Positions 1-12,491 of a DNA stretch of 64,000 bases are shown here, piece by piece. Source of the DNA: Podarcis melisellensis (Eukaryota). The position numbers and the translations under genes were made by a program. The stretch lies in the NCBI GenBank assembly GCA_964234715.1, contig OZ174285.1; one strand, 5' to 3'. The notes under the pieces are model-generated. The model worked only from the letters and a program-made list of their open reading frames with translations, searched no databases and was not told the DNA's origin. How positions within the stretch are numbered: the stretch's first letter is position 1; the number at the start of each line of letters is the position of its first letter.

Positions 1-174
1 AAATATTACCTCGGGTTAAGAACTTTGCTTCAGGATGAGAACAGAAATCGTGCAATGGTGGCGCAGAGACAGCAGGAGGCCCCATTAGCTAAAGTGTTGC
101 TTCAGGTTAAGAACAGTTTCAGGTTAAGAACAGACCTCCAGAACAAATTAAGTTCTTAACCCGAGGTACCACTG
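1..174. mobile_element. Tc1/mariner-superfamily (pogo/Tigger-like) MITE, right part
   Basis: Ends ...CCGAGGTACCACTG|TA; same family as 6433-6662, 29983-30208 and 36801-37039. Confidence 0.8.
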
Positions 175-2910
175 TAAAAGGTCCAGAAACCTACTTGTTG
201 TTTTAAATGGCTGAAATAAATAAAAGTACATCAAGGAATAGCCTAGCCCCCTATATCTCCATCCACACCCCATGGCCACATCAGTTTTGAAAACACAAAA
301 TGCTATATGGTGTGCAGTCCACAATGGGCCACATCCATCAGCAACACTACTGCAAATATTTTTCAATGAAATGGTCTTATAAGGAGCTGGCAAAGGTGAA
401 GCATTCCCCCCCCCTTCTGTTCTCACCATTGTTTTGATTCTCATTTCCTAATTAATGACAGTATAATTTATTCCTCATGTTATTAAAAGACAACACTTTT
501 GAAGAAAATGACAGTGTTTACCTTCCCTGGGAACACTGGTTGCTTAAGACATAAACACATTGCCAGGATGTTTATAAAATAACTGCCAATTAGAACTTTG
601 AATTAAAAAAGGTTTACCAGCCTGAATCTACAGATTCAGATCGGATGAAAAGTATGAAATGAAGTAGTTTGCACTTCATCTCTTGCTTCAGTCTTATTTT
701 ATGGCTCTCTCTTCTCACAACAGTTGTGAATATAGACGGGATTTACAATAGTACTAAGCTCTCCTACCAAGAGACACATATAAAACTGTCATTGGGCAGC
801 TCATGCTGTCTGAAGTTAGTGGATGTTGACAAAGAACATTGCTAAGACTTAGAAGGCACTGAATTTTCTTCCAGCTCAGAGTGAGACAAGACTTGGGCCT
901 GGGGGAAGGGAGTTATTGGCGAGTTTATTTAACTGTTCACTATAACCTCCTTGTCTCGACAAGCATCCAGGACTGGCAATCTTAAGAATGACTTTTTTCT
1001 CACTTGTCAACTTGATGGAAGGAAAGACCTTAAAAGAAGAGCTCTCTAAAAAGCTAATTTGCTAGAAGCCTGTGCATGTAATGGGTCCGATGTAATGATT
1101 AGAATGCTAATGTTTAAAAAAGCTTGAACATTTTGGAACGCAGTGGAATATGGACTTTATCAAGCTGATGTTTTAATGAGGAGAAAAATGCCACCAGTTG
1201 TCTTGCCAAGCCAAAATCTTTCTGCTTCTAAGAATACCATTGACATGTCCCTAGATACAATCAAAGAAACATCTGCACTGCTTCCAGGCTGCTATTGTTG
1301 CTGCTAGAAACCAGGGATGTATTCAGACATATGCAAAAATGGACTTTGGAGTAAATCATCATCAGATAGACGTTTTAAAACCTGTGTTTGAATCCCCAAA
1401 GCTATAAGTTTTGAAGGGGAAAGAAGACATCTAAGACATAACAGAACATTGACATTAATTCATCTAAGCAGATTTGATAATGTAGGTATGATTTCCTAAC
1501 ATTAAAACATGTCTGCAAAACCTTTAATTTGTTATAATTCATTGCTATATTTTGATATAATTCCTTGACTGAGAGGAAGAGACTTGAGAATTACAACCAC
1601 ATGAAGTCTAGCATGCTTTTAAAGATATTTTGTCTTCCATTCTCTGGAACTATTTTTCATCAAGGTACCTAGTAAATTATACTAGAACTCAAGTAACTGC
1701 AGTCTACAAATCCCTTCCTCTCTAGCAATCGTAATGAAGCTAATGCACATAATTACAAAGTAAGTTGTTTATGGACTGAAACTGAAGCTTCATTTGCTTC
1801 AAGCTGTATTAAATGTAGCTTTATATCTACGTAAAAGAGTAAAGCAAAAGGGAAGCTACATCATCTACTGTACCTCCTGAGTTCTTCATTGCACAGAAGA
1901 TGTAAGCCAGTTGTAAATATAGTGTTTCTTACTGTATTTTAGTGCTTCATTTTAAAGCAACACAGGAACAAGTAACAGTAGTATAAAACATGACTTGTAA
2001 CAGTGCATAAAGAGTAAACATTTACAATGTTGGAAGGAATGCCGTACAGTAAATATAGACAAACCACAGTGTTTGGACATTAAAGGTTATTTGAATGGTG
2101 TGTCAAACATATGTAATCTTTAGAGCAGGGAGCCAGGTTTTCGTGCTCAGATTCAGGGCAATGGGAAGCACAGGTATTTGTGGCACATTTATTTTGTGGT
2201 TATTCTACTAACCAGTGATTTTGAGAAATTTACTACCTGATATACTTTGTGGGTTCTATCCAATGAAGTTGACCAGTTAGCGCAAAGACTTCTGTGCGCA
2301 ACATATTGCAGATATTAATACTGTGCAGTTTGAAACAACTGGGTGTATAAAAACGGACTCCTTTTGGAAACGAAGCAGCCCAATGAAGAGTGAGCCTGAT
2401 CAGTGGTCACACAATATAGAGTACTGGTGTGGCTAGATAGTGGTAGAAGGGGAATGAAATAGGGCATATCTAGCTGGAATGCTAAACCGGAACAATAACA
2501 TTTTGTTGTACGTCCCACTTTTGAATCCATCATTTGAACCTTTTAAAAAGAATGACTAAGTGAAACTTGGTCAATTTGTCCATTACAACATATTTAAAGC
2601 TTGCTTTTGCCTTTGCCTTCAAAGTACTTACCATAAACTCCTTTACCCCCATGCACCAATTTGATTGTGATGATCTAAAATTTCTGGCAACATTGCCTCT
2701 TCATAACATAAACGTAATCTTGCAATAAATCCTCCCCCCTTTCAGTGCATGTGTGGAATTAGTGACATCAAATGGGTTTTGCCATCTTTACAGCCCCCCT
2801 TTTATATGACTTATAAATTAATCTTATTCCAAAGATACTTTAACTATCAGTGCTTACACACTGCCAAAGTAAATTTAAAACAGATTCTACCATATTATAT
2901 TTTAAAATAA

Positions 2911-3232
2911 AAAGGCGACCAAGGGGTTGCATCACTCATCTCACTTTTCAGGCCAAGGGAGCTGGCATTTGTCCACGTACAGGTTTCTGGGTCATGTGGC
3001 CAGCATGACTGAACCGCTTCTGGAGCAACGGGACACCGTCACGGAAGCCAGAGTGCACGGAAACGCCATTTACCTTCCCGCCGCTGCGGTACCTATTTAT
3101 CTACTTGCACTGGTGTGCTTTCAAACTGCTAGGTTGGCAGAAGCCAGGACAGAGCAATGGGAGCTCACCCTGTCATGGGGATTTGAACTGCCGACCTTCC
3201 GATTGGCAAGCCCCAGAGGCTCAGTGCTTTGA
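2911..3232 (-). mobile_element. Sauria SINE, diverged and truncated
   Basis: Shares the core tttaccttcccg...cctatttatctacttgcac...actgctaggttggcag with the other copies. Confidence 0.8.
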
Positions 3233-3473
3233 ACGTGGCTAGCACTGTGGTCCTCCTTCTACTGAACTTCTCTAGAATGCGCTGTCACTCCAAAGCTGCT
3301 CAATCTCAAGACGTCAGAACAGCCTTCGTCGACCTGCCACCTTCCAGACGTTTTGGACCACAACTCCCAACAGCCCCAACCTGCAGCACCAAACCCCTGG
3401 AAGGCACCAGGTTGGTGAAGGTTGAACTAGAGACTGAACACTATCTATCCCAGATGCACACCTTTGGCTTGTG

Positions 3474-3605
3474 CAGGGTTTCCCAAAACTTGGGTCTCCG
3501 GCTGTTGTTCACGGACTAAAATTCCTAGCCCCCCTGACCCCTGGTCCTGCTATCTAAGGATGATGGGAGTTGTAGTCCAAAAAAACCAACAACTGGAGAC
3601 CCAAA
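3474..3605. mobile_element. hAT-type palindromic MITE (gggagttgtagtcc family); related diverged copies at about 4904-5035, 7420-7560, 24200-24330, 29720-29830 and 41490-41625
   Basis: Similar to the intact copy at 63292-63427. Confidence 0.6.
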
Positions 3606-3799
3606 TCCTGCTTTTAGAGGCGGAATAGTTTGGAGGGACCAGACTTTTTCCAACCATCCCACAGGACATGGGCGCAGCCAGGATTTGTGTTAGAGTCTGC
3701 ATGCCTTTTGTTAGGGGATGGGGCAGAGCAGAATCTGTTTGCTATGCCTTTTTATTTATTTTTATTTATTGGGGCGGGGGTGGCAGCATGCCCCAGGAG

Positions 3800-4204
3800 C
3801 AGGGTTGGATTTAGGTTTGATGAGGCCCAAAGCTACCAAAGGTAATGGGGCCCTTTCTATGTCCAGCTGTCCTCTGTCAACAACAAATTGTTGCTGTTTT
3901 CTGTGTTGAATATATGCTATATGGTAATTTATGGATCTAAGTGGTATCTAAAGCCATTTGCACATGCAGAATGTAGGCACCCTATATATAGAAATGAGCA
4001 AACCAGGGATATTTTAGGGAGTAAGCTAGCAGGCACGGCCCATTACATCACAGGAGCCTACACAACACAAAACAGTTGCTGCATATAGGTTTTATTTTAT
4101 TTGGTTTTTTACCTTATATTTCGGAAATGTACATCCAGTTTTTTCCTTACTTTAAATTTTTTGAGAGCTGTAGCTTGTTTAGCTTATAGGTGAATCCGCC
4201 ACTG
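3800..4204. mobile_element. hAT-type non-autonomous DNA transposon just upstream of the PPIC CpG island
   Basis: 8-bp TSD CCCAGGAG (3792-3799, 4205-4212); imperfect TIRs CAGGGTTGGATTTA / CAGTGGCGGATTCA. Confidence 0.8.
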
Positions 4205-4329
4205 CCCAGGAGCACCAAGATTTGAAGAACCAAGCGGTAGTGTGCCCAACCCTTTTTTGTGTGTTTTTGTAGCGCTCTGGGGAATTATTTCCTTTACCAT
4301 TCGTGCTTCAATTCATCTGGGGCCTGAAG

Positions 4330-4900
4330 AGGCGCAGAAGGAGGCCTAAAGTTACCTCAGACGACACACCCAACCAACCAACCAACGGGCCTTCAGGGCT
4401 TCTGAGGCAGAAAGCAGCGCGGAGCGGAGGCTGCCTGCCCTTCTTGAGGCAGCTTCTCTCCCTGACAGAAAGCCCGGCGAGCTCGGGCCGTTTCCGAGTC
4501 CGAAACCCCTCAGCTCCGCTCCGCTTCCTCAGCCCTGAAACGAAGCGTCTCCGGCTCGCTCCGCCTCCTGCCACGGTGTCCGTTATTGGGGGGGCTGCGG
4601 GGCCTACAGAGCCGAGACGCGCAGGCGCCGGGAGGCCGGGGGCGCGCGCCTCCCTCTCCAGGCCGACCGCGGTCTCCAGTCGCGGCCACTGAGGGGAAGA
4701 GGAGATGGGCCGCCTCGCCGCCCTTTCGCCCTGGCTGGTCGCGGCCGCGTGCCTCCTCCTGCTGGCGTTCGTCTGGGGGGCCGAGGGCTTCAAGAAGAGA
4801 GGACCCGCCGTGACCGCCAAGGTGACTATGGCTGGGTGGTCGTCCTGTCCCTCCCCTCTTTCTTTGGCTTGAGGGTCAACGTCTTTCCACGCCGGCCTCC
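4330..4900 (+). promoter_or_regulatory. PPIC: CpG island / PPIC promoter and first exon region
   Basis: Sharp rise in GC and CpG content around the PPIC start codon; inverted CCAAT (ATTGG 4585-4589) and GC-box-like motifs upstream of ATG 4705; good Kozak context gagATGG. Confidence 0.8.
4705..4821 (+). CDS. PPIC: PPIC exon 1 (signal peptide), MGRLAALSPWLVAAACLLLLAFVWGAEGFKKRGPAVTAK
   Basis: 117 bp; hydrophobic signal peptide followed by GAEGFKKRGPAVTAK, matching the cyclophilin C N-terminus; donor AAG|gtgact at 4822. Confidence 0.95.
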
Positions 4901-5328
4901 TCCTCAGAGTTTCCCAAACTTGGATTTTTTTTACTACAACTCCCGTCATCCCTGACCGCTGGTCTTTTTAGCTAGGAATGATGGGAGTTGTAGTCCGAAA
5001 AAAAACCCCAAACACAGCTGGAGAGCCAAAGGGGGGTTGTGGCGCAAGGAAAAATGCTGGCCACCACGTAGGCGTGCAGATGTGCTTGTAATGCCAGAAA
5101 ATTGCTTTTCCTCTCTATTTTCCAGCTGTGTGCTTGATGAATAACCAAGCTTTTTGGGGGTGGAGCGGGGCTGGAGGCGAGTGAGGACATCATCATCATC
5201 ATCGTTGTTGTTGTTGTTGTTGTTATTGTTAATTGAATTTATATACCCCCAGGTCTCAGGGCAGTTCAAAGGATAAAATCAGATGCTCCCATGTTGGGTG
5301 AAATTTATATTTTACATGCGTAGTAATA

Positions 5329-5687
5329 AAAAGGTAAAGGTACCCCTGCCCATACGGGTCAGTCTTGACAGACTCTAGGGTTGTGCGCTCATCTCACTCT
5401 ATAGGCCGGGAGCCAGCGCTGTCCGCAGACACTTCCGGGTCAAGTGGCCAGCGTGACAAAGCTGCATCTGGCGAGCCAGTGCAGCACACGGAACACCGTT
5501 TACCTTCCCGCTAGAAAGCGGTCCCTATTTATCTACTTGCACCCGGGGGTGCTTTCGAACTGCTAGGTTGGCAGGCGCTGGGACCGAGCGACGGGAGCGC
5601 ACCCCGCCGCGGGGATTCGAACCGCCAACCTTTTGATCGGCAAGTCCTAGGCGCTGAGGCTTTTACCCACAGCGCCACCCGCGTACC
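5329..5687 (-). mobile_element. Sauria SINE, full length, young CpG-rich subfamily
   Basis: tRNA-like head and (ACCTTT)n tail on - strand; TSD ATGCGTAGTAATA (5316-5328, 5690-5702). Confidence 0.9.
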
Positions 5688-6432
5688 ATATGCGTAGTAA
5701 TAGTTCCTGCATATTGTATGAGAGCCACCGGCTGGACACAAGCCTATGGCCGTTCAGTAATCTTGCATCTTATGCGCGTTTAACTTGTGCACATTCCGCA
5801 TTCAAGCCCATGTAATTTAGGTAATCACCCACCCACAGTAGACTGCTTTCCAAGGTGATTGTATTGTTTGCACATATCTTGTTCCCTACACTTTATGTTG
5901 TTTAATCCACGGTGTGGCCGATATATTCTTATTCAGTAGACTTTTGCTTGTACAACTCTTGAGGTAGAGCTAGGCATCAAAAAGAAATGGGGAGCTGTTG
6001 CAGCATTCTAATACTGAGTTGGGATGGGGACTTTGCGGCCCTCCAGATGTTGCTGGGTGACAGCTCTGATCCACCCTGTTGGCCTTGCTGGCTAGGGCTG
6101 AAGGGAGTTGGAGACCAGCCACATCTGAATGGCTGCAGGTTCCTCATCCCTCTTCTATTGGATGCAACTACTCTCTGATTTTCCCATTGCTACTACTGAT
6201 ACCCAGTGAGGTGAGGTGGTGAAATGCACAGAGCAACTGTGTATTGTTGGTGTGATGACTTAAACTTGTGCAGTGGGGGTTCTCCCAATCCCCTCCATAC
6301 CCTTTGAATCTCCACAATTATCTTGGGGTGGTGATATTGGGAGCGTCCCCAGAACAGCTTGCAGAGGGCGGAAATGGTGGGGGGTCATGGTGAGGTTTTT
6401 TGTTTTTTAAAAAAGAAAATTCTGTAGATGTA

Positions 6433-6662
6433 CAGTGGTACCTTGGGTTACAGACGCTTCAGGTTACAGACGCTTCAGGTTACAGACTCAACTAACCCAG
6501 AAATAGTAGCTCGGGTTAAGAACTTTGTTTCAGGATGAGAACAGAAATCACCCAGCGGCAGCTGGAGACCCCATTAGCTAAAGTGGTGCTTCAGGTTAAG
6601 AACAGTTTCAGGTAAGGATGGACCTCCGGAATGAATTAAGTACTTAACCTGAGGTACCACTG
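6433..6662. mobile_element. Tc1/mariner-superfamily MITE
   Basis: TA|CAGTGGTACC...GGTACCACTG|TA; internal direct repeats of cttcaggttacagac. Confidence 0.88.
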
Positions 6663-9124
6663 TACATCTCTTGTAAGGTAGGGATGTGTACTTTAGGCAA
6701 CTGGAATATACATTGGATTTTGTAGAAAAATCCTGGTCTGCAGCTGCTCCTCAGTTAGTGAGCAAAAGAGAGCAAAAGCCAAGTGCATTCTAGCATTTGA
6801 CAATCTGCAGACCTTGGTGAGGGCTTTAATTCCTTCATAGTAGTAGTCATTACAAGATATGGCGAGTTTCAGCAGATATCCCGATCAGCACCAATTGATG
6901 AGAAACCCAGATTTTTGCTTTTAAATGGTCATTTAAGAGGAAAGCAAGGAAAGATTAATGGGTATTTTTTTATGCTTCCTTCTAATATAACTTAATGTGT
7001 ATGCCTCTTCAGCAGCATATGCAATCAATTTGGCATTATTTAACCATCTGTGGTAGTGAGCTCAGGGGCCCCTACCTCTGACCCCCATTTTTGAAAGATG
7101 TTTTTCTCCTGAAAGCTGGATCATCTCACTGCTTTGCCACCTCTCCCTTGTGTTCTGTTTTCCTGACATGTTCTCTTCTTGAAGAAGTGCATTAGAGAAC
7201 AGGTACTATGACATCAGCCTAGTATAAATTGTGCCGTAAAAGCTGTAAAAAATTGACATTCTGGTATCAATTAACACAGATAATTCATCTCAATTTAATA
7301 TTCCTCTGTGTTTTGCTTCCAAGGCAATAGATAGTCATTGAAGCTTGAATCCAGATCTGTGCATCATTTTATAAGTAATAATAAAACATTCTTAGAAATG
7401 GATAAAATGGATTTGGTCAGTGGGTAGAGAACTTGTAGCCCTCCAGATGTTGGCATACAACTCACATTACTTCTTTCTGACCATTGACTGTACTGACAAT
7501 GAGCTGATGGGAATTGGAGTCCAGCAGTATCTGGAGAATCACAAGTTTCCATCCCTGGAAGAGGCAAAAGGAAGAATTTGAGAACAAGTTCAATAGATCT
7601 CATGGGACACTCACAATACTCTTGAAACTGGTTGCTTCCCCTCTCCTTATATAATGAATGGCTGTCTCATTAAAATTTCTTTAATAATAGGATCAATAAC
7701 ACAGTGGGGGTCAGATAAACAGGAAAGAGAAGGCAATATGAAGACAACTGAACACAATAAAATGATTACAGTAAAACAATCCCTTTTGAACAGGCACTTA
7801 GATCTTCTTTTTACCTGTGTTGGGTTGGTTGAAAGGGCTTTAGGGCTAAACTAGATATGATGCTAAATGCATCACTTGCTATTGTCTTTAATTTTTCCAC
7901 CATTGCTAAAAGCAGTGCAAAATTCAGTAACTTGGAGAGCTTCTGCAGCCTATTGATAACTCAAAAAAATACCCGGATACAGTATATTTATTTTTTAAAT
8001 CTCATTGGTATTGTGTGTTTTCTTAAGCTTTTATCCCTTTCTGAAATATGACACTTTATGCATTCTGTACGTCGTGAAAAATCACATCCACCAGACCTAA
8101 TATTATCACAATCACCCCCTCTAATCGCAAACTGAGATGGTTGAGTGTTGAATCAACACTGGAACACTGGGAAGAGCTCAAAAAGGATTGACCATGCTCC
8201 AAAGCCACAAAATGTTGAATACTGGATAATAAAATGATAAAACGATGGAGGGAGGAATAGCCTAATTGAACTCCTTATAGCTTATCACGAAGCTGGAAAC
8301 CTGAATAGGGATATACTGCAACCCTTTGTATAAGGTCCTACTTGTACACTTGTATTTCAGAATTCTCAATTCCATCTGACATTTCCTTTCACTTACCTCC
8401 TATGAGAGATTTGAATAGCTCCATAACCAGATGAATAAAATAAGTTTTCTGGATATAGCTTGACATTTCATATCTTAGCTGATGTTTCTTCTGTATTGAG
8501 AAGGTTGAAAGAATTATATGGAAGTAAGCATCTGGCTTGCATGTATAAATTGGACCTTCACTTCCTATTTGTCCGAATTAGTGCCACCAGTGTAACAGGT
8601 TGCATTCTATTTGTTGAACTTTTAGAGGGAGATAAAACTCCCAGGAATTGCCTGTCTGATAATATTGTAGCTTTTTAAATGCAATATTGAAAATAGTGAA
8701 AGTGAAGAATTAATATGCAGAAATCCTTTTTATAAAAATGCTGTGTACATTGTTTGATTGATTATTATATAATTCGAAAGGAAAAAAAATGTAATACCAA
8801 GTCCTTCGATCCAGCAGCGCTCACGTAATCAGAATGGGGAAGGTGATACTTTGCTGATGCTTCCCCCACCCCAAATTTGCTCCAGAGAGTTAGGGGATCA
8901 GTATGGGAGGGGACCCAGAGGGCTATGGGGGCAAGGTGGAATTGGCAAAAAGTCCCCTCCCCACTTCCATGCCTGAGATCCTCCACTGCATCACAGGTCC
9001 TTGTGTGCACAGGCAGAACTCCCATGAATGGAAGGGCACCTTTGGATCCTACCAGACTTATTTCTTGCATTAATGATATTCTGTGGTTTTCAATTATTGC
9101 TTTTATGTTTTTGGAAATTTGTAG

Positions 9125-9238
9125 GTATTCTTTGATATACAGATAGGCGGCAAAGACGCTGGCAGAATTGTAATTGGATTGTTTGGGAAAGTAGTACCAA
9201 AGACGGTGGAAAACTTCGTTAAACTAGCAACTGGAGAA
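9125..9238 (+). CDS. PPIC: PPIC exon 2, [38 protein letters not shown]
   Basis: 114 bp, tttgtag| acceptor, |gtaaga donor, phase 0; cyclophilin domain start. Confidence 0.97.
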
Positions 9239-9329
9239 GTAAGAACTTTAAAAAAATGTTTTGTACATGCATTTTAGTGAAAAGATAAATGAAGTTTTGT
9301 GTGTTTGTGTGTGCACATATTAATGTGGT

Positions 9330-9692
9330 AAAAAGGTAAAGGTAAAGGTACCCCTGCCCGTACACGCCAGTCTTGCCAGACTCTATGGTTGTGCGCTCAC
9401 CTCACTCTAGAGGCCGGGAGCCAGCGCTGTCCGCATACACTTCCGGGTCACGTGGCCAGCGTGACAAGCTGCATCTGGCGAGCCAGCGCAGCACACGGAA
9501 CGCCGTTTACCTTCCCGCTGGTAAGCGGTCCCTATTTATCTACTTGCACCTGGGGGTGCTTTCGAACTGCTAGGTTGGCAGGCGCTGGGACCGACGACGG
9601 GAGTGCACCCCGCCGCGGGGATTCGAACCGCTGACCATGCGATCGGCAAGTCCTAGGCACTGAGGTTTTACCCACAGCGCCACCCGCGTCCC
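9330..9692 (-). mobile_element. Sauria SINE, full length, same young subfamily as 5329-5687
   Basis: GGGACGCGGGTGGCGCTGTGGG head, ACCTTT tail; TSD ATGTGGT (9323-9329, 9693-9699). Confidence 0.9.
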
Positions 9693-9975
9693 ATGTGGTG
9701 CAGCATGGCAAATACTCCATCACATTCTAGTGAGGTTGAAATCAGTAGCTTTGACCCTCCTCTTCAGTTTGGAGCTGGGGCAGGAATTGTCCTCCCGAGT
9801 TCTGCTGCAGCCAGAAGCACAGTTAAACTGTCAATGTCTGCACTGCCTATGCCTGGCTGCTTTGGCTCTGAGTGATGGTAAGCATTTGGAGTACCTTTTT
9901 TGCCCAACACTAAAACAGCTTCAACTTTATGGAGATAAAGTCAGAGGTTGCTTTGCACTTCATGTCGGAAGTGCT

Positions 9976-10250
9976 CATAGGAACATAAGAAGAGCACTGC
10001 TGAATCAGACCAGGGGTCAGCATTCTTGGTCTCACAGTGGCCAACCAGGTGCTTATGGGAAGGTGTAAGCAGAACCTGTGTGCAGGAAGGCTCTTGATTT
10101 CTAACAGCTGCCATACAGAGGCATACTGCCTCCAGCAACAGGGCATGGCATCATGGTTATTAGCCCTTGATAGCCCTGTCTTCCAAGAATTTGTCCAGTC
10201 CTCTTTTAAAGTTGGTGGCTGTCACTATATCTTATGGAAGCAAATCCCAG
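9976..10250 (-). mobile_element. Old CR1-type LINE 3' fragment; similar remnants at about 54550-54850 (-) and 56700-56785 (+)
   Basis: cataggaacataagaagagc...gaatcagacca...ctcacagtggccaaccag resembles the reverse-complement 3' end of squamate CR1 elements. Confidence 0.55.
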
Positions 10251-10467
10251 CATTTGTGCTGAGCTCAGATGTCCAAAACAGCTGTGGGGATAATCACTAG
10301 CCCACTTCTCTAGCTCTATGGGGGGAGAGTTAATACCTATCTGAAACCTTATACAAAGTTGGATTAAGGGAAGGGTAGAGTCCTGAATACTGGAAGTGTT
10401 GGCTTGGTGACAATGACCAGCCAAAATCCGTTGAACCCTTTTCTAGTGGTTTCTCTACTTTTTGTTG

Positions 10468-10858
10468 GGTAAAGGTAATGTAAAGTTAAAGGACCAATGG
10501 ACGGTTAAGTCCAGTCAAAGGCAACTATGGGGTTGTGGCGCTCGTCTCACTTTCAGGCTGAGGAAGCCAGCGTTTGTCCACAGATAGCTTTCCAGGTCAT
10601 GTGGCCAGCATGACTAAACTGCTTCTGGTGCAATGGGACACCATCACAGAAGCCAGAGCACACAGAAACACCATTTACCTTCCTGCCACAGCAGTACCTA
10701 TTTATCTACTTGCACTGGCGTGCTTTCAAACTGCTAGGTTGGCAGGAGCTGGGACAGAGCAATGGGAGCTCACCCTGTCGCAGGGATTCGAACCGCTGAC
10801 CTTCTGATCAGCAAGCCCAAGAGGCTCAGTGGTTTAGACCACAGTGCCACCCATGTCC
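10468..10858 (-). mobile_element. Sauria SINE, full length, older subfamily
   Basis: Full internal similarity to the other copies; degenerate GGTAAA tail repeats on the left. Confidence 0.88.
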
Positions 10859-11224
10859 TTTACCTTTACCTTTTTTGCTGTGTGACACATCCTCAATATA
10901 ATAAATAATAAAATTAATAAATTATTTAGTATTTATACTGTAGGGCAGTGGGTTATTGTTTTGGTTTGTTACTATGGTGTGTATTTTTGTAATTTTCTAT
11001 TGTAAACCACCCTGTGATCCTTGGATGAAGGGTGGTGTAGAAATTTAATAAGTAATAAAATAATAACAATTAATTGACACAACCCCATCCGCCATCTCTT
11101 TTATCAAAAGTTCAGGGTGGCAGGCATCTTGTTGTTAATCTTTATTTAATCAATTGTTTATTTCATTATAGTGTATAGTATTTTGCCGAACTGAAATCAT
11201 GCCATTCTGAATTTTGTCTCGTAG

Positions 11225-11353
<129 letters not shown>

Positions 11354-12491
11354 TAAATGTAAAAGATATAGAACTATGTAGTCCACCTGATGCCAGTGAC
11401 AAAGTCCAGGAATGATGTACAACAATCAAACAAATCCAGAATATAAAATAATCATAATTTTCTCAAATTTAGAAAAACCAAAATTGGTAACTGCTATTTA
11501 CTTAGTGGGCTCTATGTCACTGACTGATCAATAAACAACCTTCCTGTGGCATATGTAAATAGTTAATTTTATTGTGATATAAGCATAGTTAAGGTTAATT
11601 TACAGAAGAAAACACAATTGATCTGGGATTTAATATGAGAAAAATATTTCTATCTTGATGCAGCTTCAAAGAAGCAGTTCTCTTTTTCCTCCCCAAAACC
11701 ATTTCCCCTGTATATAGATAAGTTCAGCATTGGTAGTTGGAATTGGGTCCCACTGTGTTCAATTCTCACCACACTTGAGTGGAATAAATCCCATTGACTA
11801 GGTCTTACTGCTACTTACTGCAGATCCACAATCATTGCCTTAATGGTGTTGAATTTGAATGTAAAAATACAAAGTGAGGCAGAGAATTGTCATATTCTGA
11901 TTCAGCAAATAAAGCTTTCAGAACACATTTAAAGACTAATTTAGTACAAGAAGCAAGAATTAATTTCATTTGTCCTGTTCTTGCAGAGGTGACTTAAATG
12001 TAGAAGCAGACATCTGCATACACATCTCCTGTTCAGATCTTGAAATGAGTGTCAAGTTGGGCAAGGGATCTTTTTGTGTGCTGTTGGATAGAATGAGAAA
12101 TTAGACACATCACATGTATATATTTATTAAGCACTTGCATGACTAGCAATGTCAGGACAACTTGTACAGAAATTATAGGGATAGAATAAACTACTTTACA
12201 CTGTCCAAACCTAAGCCATACTTTTTTTGGGGGGGGCAGAATCTTCTCTTCATTACTATTTAAGGTAAAGCCTTAAACAGTAAATACCCTTAAAGTACTC
12301 AGTTTTTTTGTGCCCACTAATTATTTAACTAAGACAGATCCATAAATGAATCATTGCTGCATAGTAGATATTAGATGACTAACTACTGTGGAGAAACTGC
12401 CACTGATATGGGATGTGAGTATAAGCAAGGGGCAAAGCATGCTTTATTTGGCTCCCTCCCCTTTCTAGTCTGAAGTGTCTGGGGAATTTTA

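Noticed and set aside
4303-4955. Several 68-213 aa ORFs on both strands over the CpG island
   Set aside because: Expected stop-codon depletion in GC-rich DNA; no recognisable domain. The real CDS is the spliced PPIC exon 1.
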